Shown: positions 60,641-64,000 of the stretch, piece by piece
Layout of the letters: each line of letters begins with the position of its first letter
How positions within the stretch are numbered: the stretch's first letter is position 1
DNA from: Spirochaetota bacterium
GTDB lineage: Bacteria > Spirochaetota > Spirochaetia > ARS1246
Assembly: GCA_024275515.1 (NCBI GenBank)
Contig: JAJRYZ010000244.1
Coordinates: 1,140-65,139, forward strand
Reading direction: 5' to 3'
DNA: 64,000 bases
Made by a program: the position numbers and the translations under genes
The notes under the pieces: model-generated
What the model saw: the letters and a program-made list of their open reading frames with translations, nothing else
Told to the model about the DNA's origin: nothing
Databases searched by the model: none

Positions 60641-62488
60641 TTACACTCTCCTTGCGCGGTCCGGCCGCCGCAGGTAGCCGGTCCGGTACTGTGTCGGGGT
60701 TACCCCGTACGCAGATTTGAACTTCGTGAAGAAATAACGCGTATTGGCGAACCCCACACGCTCCGAAATCTGTTTTGCGGTCCGCCCGTTTTCGAGCAGC
60801 AACGTCCGCGCGGCTTCAAGGCGAACCCGACTCAGATAGCCTGCGATCGAACTTCCGGTCGTTTCCCTGAAAATCCTGCCGAGGTAGACCGCCGACATGC
60901 CCATCCTATCAGCCACGAGCCGGGCGCTCAACGCGGGATTCGCGTATTCCTGCTCGATCAACTCTTTCGCGCGTGTCACGTTCTCGAGCGTCTTCCGTGA
61001 CGAGCCGTTGCGGATTATTTCGCAGGCCGAATCGAGTAGATCGGCGAACAGCGTGTGTATCTCTGCGACGTAGGAGCGCGACGCAAGGCGTTGCATAAAC
61101 TCGGTGAATCGAAGAGGCCGTTCGCCGGCGCCGCAACCCTCGATGGTGTTCAGATAGTCGAAAAGCGAGGAGGCGAGACGGGTGTATCCGAGAAGTACGT
61201 TCTCGTACGAGTGGCGGTCTATCGTAGCGCAGAGTATAGCGAGATCCGACAGTGAGCTTTCCCGGTCTCCGCATCTGAGCGAGTCGAGCAACGATTCTTC
61301 GATCTCCACGGGAAACGGCGTGCTCTCATCCACCAATTTCCGGACGGTCTCCGAGTCGATGAACGTTCCGGGACCGGCGGTGAGTCTATACGCGATCAGA
61401 CCCTGGACATCGCGATACAACCCGCCAAGCTCGCCAAGCGCCGAAGCATCCGCGCTGACCGCGGTGGTCACAGTGCATTCGAACATGTGGCGCATGGCGT
61501 CGTTGACCGCGGCCGACAATTGCCGCATGGCGTCGATGGATATCGGTGCGTCCGCGGCGGCGATTACCACCGTGTCTTCCTCGGAAAGATCGATCGTCAC
61601 CGACGAGCAAAATCTCGAAGCGACGATCGAGGTGATCTTGGCCGAGGCGTAGGAAACCGATCGTCGAGTGTTGTGCTCCGTTTCCCGCGCCGTTTCGGGA
61701 ATCGGCAAATCGAAACGCACGAGCATGAGCCGGAAATGCCGCTTCAACCACAGGTCCGACTCGAGCTCGCGAAGGCGGCGTTTGGTTTTTTGCTCGTCGA
61801 CGCCGCCGCTGAGGATTTCCCGGCAGAGTTGAGTTCTTAGCGTCTCGATGTTATCCGTTCGGAAAGTGCTTAGCGTCTTTACCCGGCTGATTGCGTCGGA
61901 AAACGCCGAAGCCACGAAGCTCAGCTCATCTTCTTTGAGCCTCCCTTCCTGCTCTTCGCTGATCAGCCGGCGGACGTGTCCCACGAGTGATCGAATCGGT
62001 CGGTAGATCGAACGTGAAAGCAGAATCGAAAGACCGGCGACAACAACGAGAAACGCCGCGCAGATAGCGACGATAAACAACCGCTGCCGGCCCACTATGT
62101 CCAGTACTTCTCGGTACGGCGTAGCTTTCACAAAGGTCCATCCGGTCTGTTCCGACACGACCTTCGAGACAAGATACTTCGTGCGGTCGATATTCACCTT
62201 CTGCGATTCATTGCCGCTTCGACCTGCCGTCGACGCGAGCTCGGAAGGGAGCGACGATGAAAGGAACATCTTTTTCGACGGATGGCCGATCAACCGCCCC
62301 TCTTCATCGAGGACGATCACGAATCCGCCCTCTGCAACGTCGTCGCTGCTGAGAAGCGCTACCGTCTCCATGAGATACTCAGCCTTCACGTTGACGACGA
62401 CCGCCGTCGGCAGCCGGCCGTCAACCGAAGGTTCGGCGGCAAGAAGATAGGTAAACACGTTGACCGTGCTTTCGACGTCGGGGGCCAT
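60641..62488 (-). CDS. AraC-family membrane sensor/regulator, 5'-truncated relative to its paralogue (lacks TM1 and the first part of the sensor domain)
   Basis: It keeps the distal sensor part, one TM (LFIVAICAAFLVVVAGLSILL), a HAMP-like linker and the AraC HTH (LSARLVADRMGMSAVYLGRIFRETTG...). The frame stays open without a start codon for 29 codons upstream of the track's TTG at 62491, as far as a stop at 62576-62578. Confidence 0.65.
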   Translation of the reverse strand: MAPDVESTVNVFTYLLAAEPSVDGRLPTAVVVNVKAEYLMETVALLSSDDVAEGGFVIVLDEEGRLIGHPSKKMFLSSSLPSELASTAGRSGNESQKVNIDRTKYLVSKVVSEQTGWTFVKATPYREVLDIVGRQRLFIVAICAAFLVVVAGLSILLSRSIYRPIRSLVGHVRRLISEEQEGRLKEDELSFVASAFSDAISRVKTLSTFRTDNIETLRTQLCREILSGGVDEQKTKRRLRELESDLWLKRHFRLMLVRFDLPIPETARETEHNTRRSVSYASAKITSIVASRFCSSVTIDLSEEDTVVIAAADAPISIDAMRQLSAAVNDAMRHMFECTVTTAVSADASALGELGGLYRDVQGLIAYRLTAGPGTFIDSETVRKLVDESTPFPVEIEESLLDSLRCGDRESSLSDLAILCATIDRHSYENVLLGYTRLASSLFDYLNTIEGCGAGERPLRFTEFMQRLASRSYVAEIHTLFADLLDSACEIIRNGSSRKTLENVTRAKELIEQEYANPALSARLVADRMGMSAVYLGRIFRETTGSSIAGYLSRVRLEAARTLLLENGRTAKQISERVGFANTRYFFTKFKSAYGVTPTQYRTGYLRRPDRARRV

Positions 62489-62624
62489 CAAAGCGGGTAT
62501 GATCCGGGGAGTCGGTCTGAGCTTCCCGGAGCTTTCTCGTTCGTCGGCGAGCGTGTCGACATCAAGGAAGATCAGCTATGAGCACGCGCTGTTCTGACAC
62601 GGCATCGATCATCGGAAGGCGTCG

Positions 62625-63515
62625 ATGATTGTTAGTCGCCGTTCCGCGCGCGCTTCAGGCGCTCTTATCCACACCGTGCTTGCCGCCTTCGCCGCGCTCT
62701 GCATCATCCCTCTCTGGGCGGTCATCTCCATTTCGTTGACGGCGGAGAGCTCTATATCGGTTGACGGGTACTCGCTTTTCCCCAAGGCGCCGTCGATGCT
62801 CGCTTACCGCTACGTCCTCAAGAATCCGGAGCTCATCGCGCGTTCTTATTTCATCAGCATTATCGTCACCGCGTCCGGCACTTTGCTTTCGCTTCTCGTC
62901 ATCTCCCTGGTAGCCTTTCCTCTTTCCCGGCCTGACTACCGATACCGGCGACCGCTCACCTTCTATGTTTTTTTTACCATGCTGTTCAACGGCGGGCTCG
63001 TGCCGTGGTACATTCTCGTCTCCCGCTATCTCGATCTGAAGAACACGCTCGCCGTATTGATTGTTCCCTATCTCCTCGTGCCGTGGTTTGTGTTGCTCCT
63101 GCGGACCTTTTTCTCACAACTCCCCATGTCGCTCTTCGAATCGGCGAAGATCGACGGCGCCGGCGAGTTCCGGAGCTACTTCACGATTTTGCTTCCGCTC
63201 TCCAAACCGGCGCTCGCAACGATCGGGTTGTTCATCTGCTTGCAGTACTGGAACGACTGGTGGCTCCCGTTGCTCTACATCGAGGATGAGGCGTTGGTGC
63301 CGCTTCAGTACATGCCGGCTCGAATGATGGCCAACATCACCTATCTGACGACACAGATGACCAACACCTTTATCAGCGTCAACCTTTCGGACCTTCCGAA
63401 CGAAAGCGCGCGAATGGCGATGTGCGTGCTTGCGGCGGGACCGATGCTGTTCGTCTTCCCTTTCTTCCAGAAGTACTTCGTCCGGGGGCTCACGGCCGGA
63501 TCGTTGAAGGGATAG
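62625..63515 (+). CDS. carbohydrate ABC transporter permease, LplC/MalG-type, with no LplB-type partner upstream
   Basis: EAA loop FESAKIDGAGEFRSYFTILLP. GGAAGG precedes the ATG. Confidence 0.85.
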   Translation: MIVSRRSARASGALIHTVLAAFAALCIIPLWAVISISLTAESSISVDGYSLFPKAPSMLAYRYVLKNPELIARSYFISIIVTASGTLLSLLVISLVAFPLSRPDYRYRRPLTFYVFFTMLFNGGLVPWYILVSRYLDLKNTLAVLIVPYLLVPWFVLLLRTFFSQLPMSLFESAKIDGAGEFRSYFTILLPLSKPALATIGLFICLQYWNDWWLPLLYIEDEALVPLQYMPARMMANITYLTTQMTNTFISVNLSDLPNESARMAMCVLAAGPMLFVFPFFQKYFVRGLTAGSLKG

Positions 63516-63618
63516 TCGGCGAGCCGGCGAAACTCGCGCGCGGCACGTGCGCCGGCGCAGTCACCGATAATATCCGGATCGTTGATCCGGCGGAAACCAT
63601 ACGTTCAGGAGGAACGCA

Positions 63619-64000
63619 ATGAAACGAATTGTCGTAGCGGTCACACTCATGGCCGTAGTCGCGACCCTTGCGGTTGCGGCGGGAGGAGCTGAAAAGGAGG
63701 CTGCAACGGGCGGACTCGCGCCCGTCACACTGACCTGGTACTATCCGGGGAGCTACCCGCAGAGCGACCAGGATACCGTTTTCAACGAGTTTAACCGGCT
63801 GCTTGGGGAAAAACTCAACACAACGATCGATTTCAAACCGATTTCGTGGGGCGACTACAATCAAAAGATGCAGGTGATTATCGCTTCGGGCGAGGAGTAC
63901 GATCTGTGCTTCACGGCCAACTGGATCAACAACTATCATCAAAACGTTGCCAGAGGCGCCTTCGTGCCGCTTGACGATTTGATCGATGAGTACGCGCCCG
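63619..64000 (+). CDS. extracellular solute-binding protein (LplA-type), 3'-partial
   Basis: Not in the ORF track because it is open at the window end. AGGAGG precedes ATG 63619. My translation is MKRIVVAVTLMAVVATLAVAAGGAEKEAATGGLAPVTLTWYYPGSYPQSDQDTVFNEFNRLLGEKLNTTIDFKPISWGDYNQKMQ... Confidence 0.8.
   Translation, partial: MKRIVVAVTLMAVVATLAVAAGGAEKEAATGGLAPVTLTWYYPGSYPQSDQDTVFNEFNRLLGEKLNTTIDFKPISWGDYNQKMQVIIASGEEYDLCFTANWINNYHQNVARGAFVPLDDLIDEYAP

Overview
This is a GC-rich, densely coding bacterial chromosomal segment with about 50 genes on both strands and G/C-dominated third codon positions. I recognised no rRNA, tRNA, CRISPR array, transposase, integrase or phage genes. The content is mostly carbohydrate uptake and catabolism.

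Main content:
- Five CUT1-type ABC importer loci, none with an ATPase gene. Three are of the LplA/LplB/LplC type (4018-7524; 28886-33702; 62625-64000+). One is MalEFG/UgpBAE-like (41644-45098).
- One canonical YesN/YesM-type two-component pair (9261-12421).
- Two membrane-anchored AraC-type one-component sensors (26545-28833, and a 5'-truncated copy at 60641-62488).
- A signal-peptide-less beta-helix / Cys-type sulfatase / beta-helix operon (20700-26452).
- Three uroporphyrinogen-decarboxylase-like (URO-D-like) paralogues embedded in sugar clusters.
- Several Gfo/Idh/MocA, xylose-isomerase-like TIM-barrel, SDR and 2-hydroxyacid dehydrogenase genes.
- A secreted ExeM/NucH-type nuclease next to a phosphodiesterase.
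- Housekeeping-like genes (pfk, ogt, nucleoside hydrolase).

The most unusual single gene is a ~920-aa fusion of an unassigned N-terminal region, a metallo-beta-lactamase core, two cNMP-binding modules and a C-terminal hemerythrin (16709-19462). Two short gene remnants (flavodoxin-like, PHP-like) and the truncated AraC sensor indicate local deletion or rearrangement.

Notes on the ORF track:
- It renders GTG and TTG starts as M.
- Many of its long ORFs are phase-aligned antisense shadows or 5' over-extensions. I trimmed starts where an in-frame start codon with a Shine-Dalgarno-like motif was visible.

All family assignments come from motifs read by eye. No database search was run. The taxon cannot be determined. 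All four binding-protein signal peptides lack a lipobox cysteine, which suggests periplasmic, non-lipidated binding proteins in a diderm saccharolytic organism. That is a guess only.
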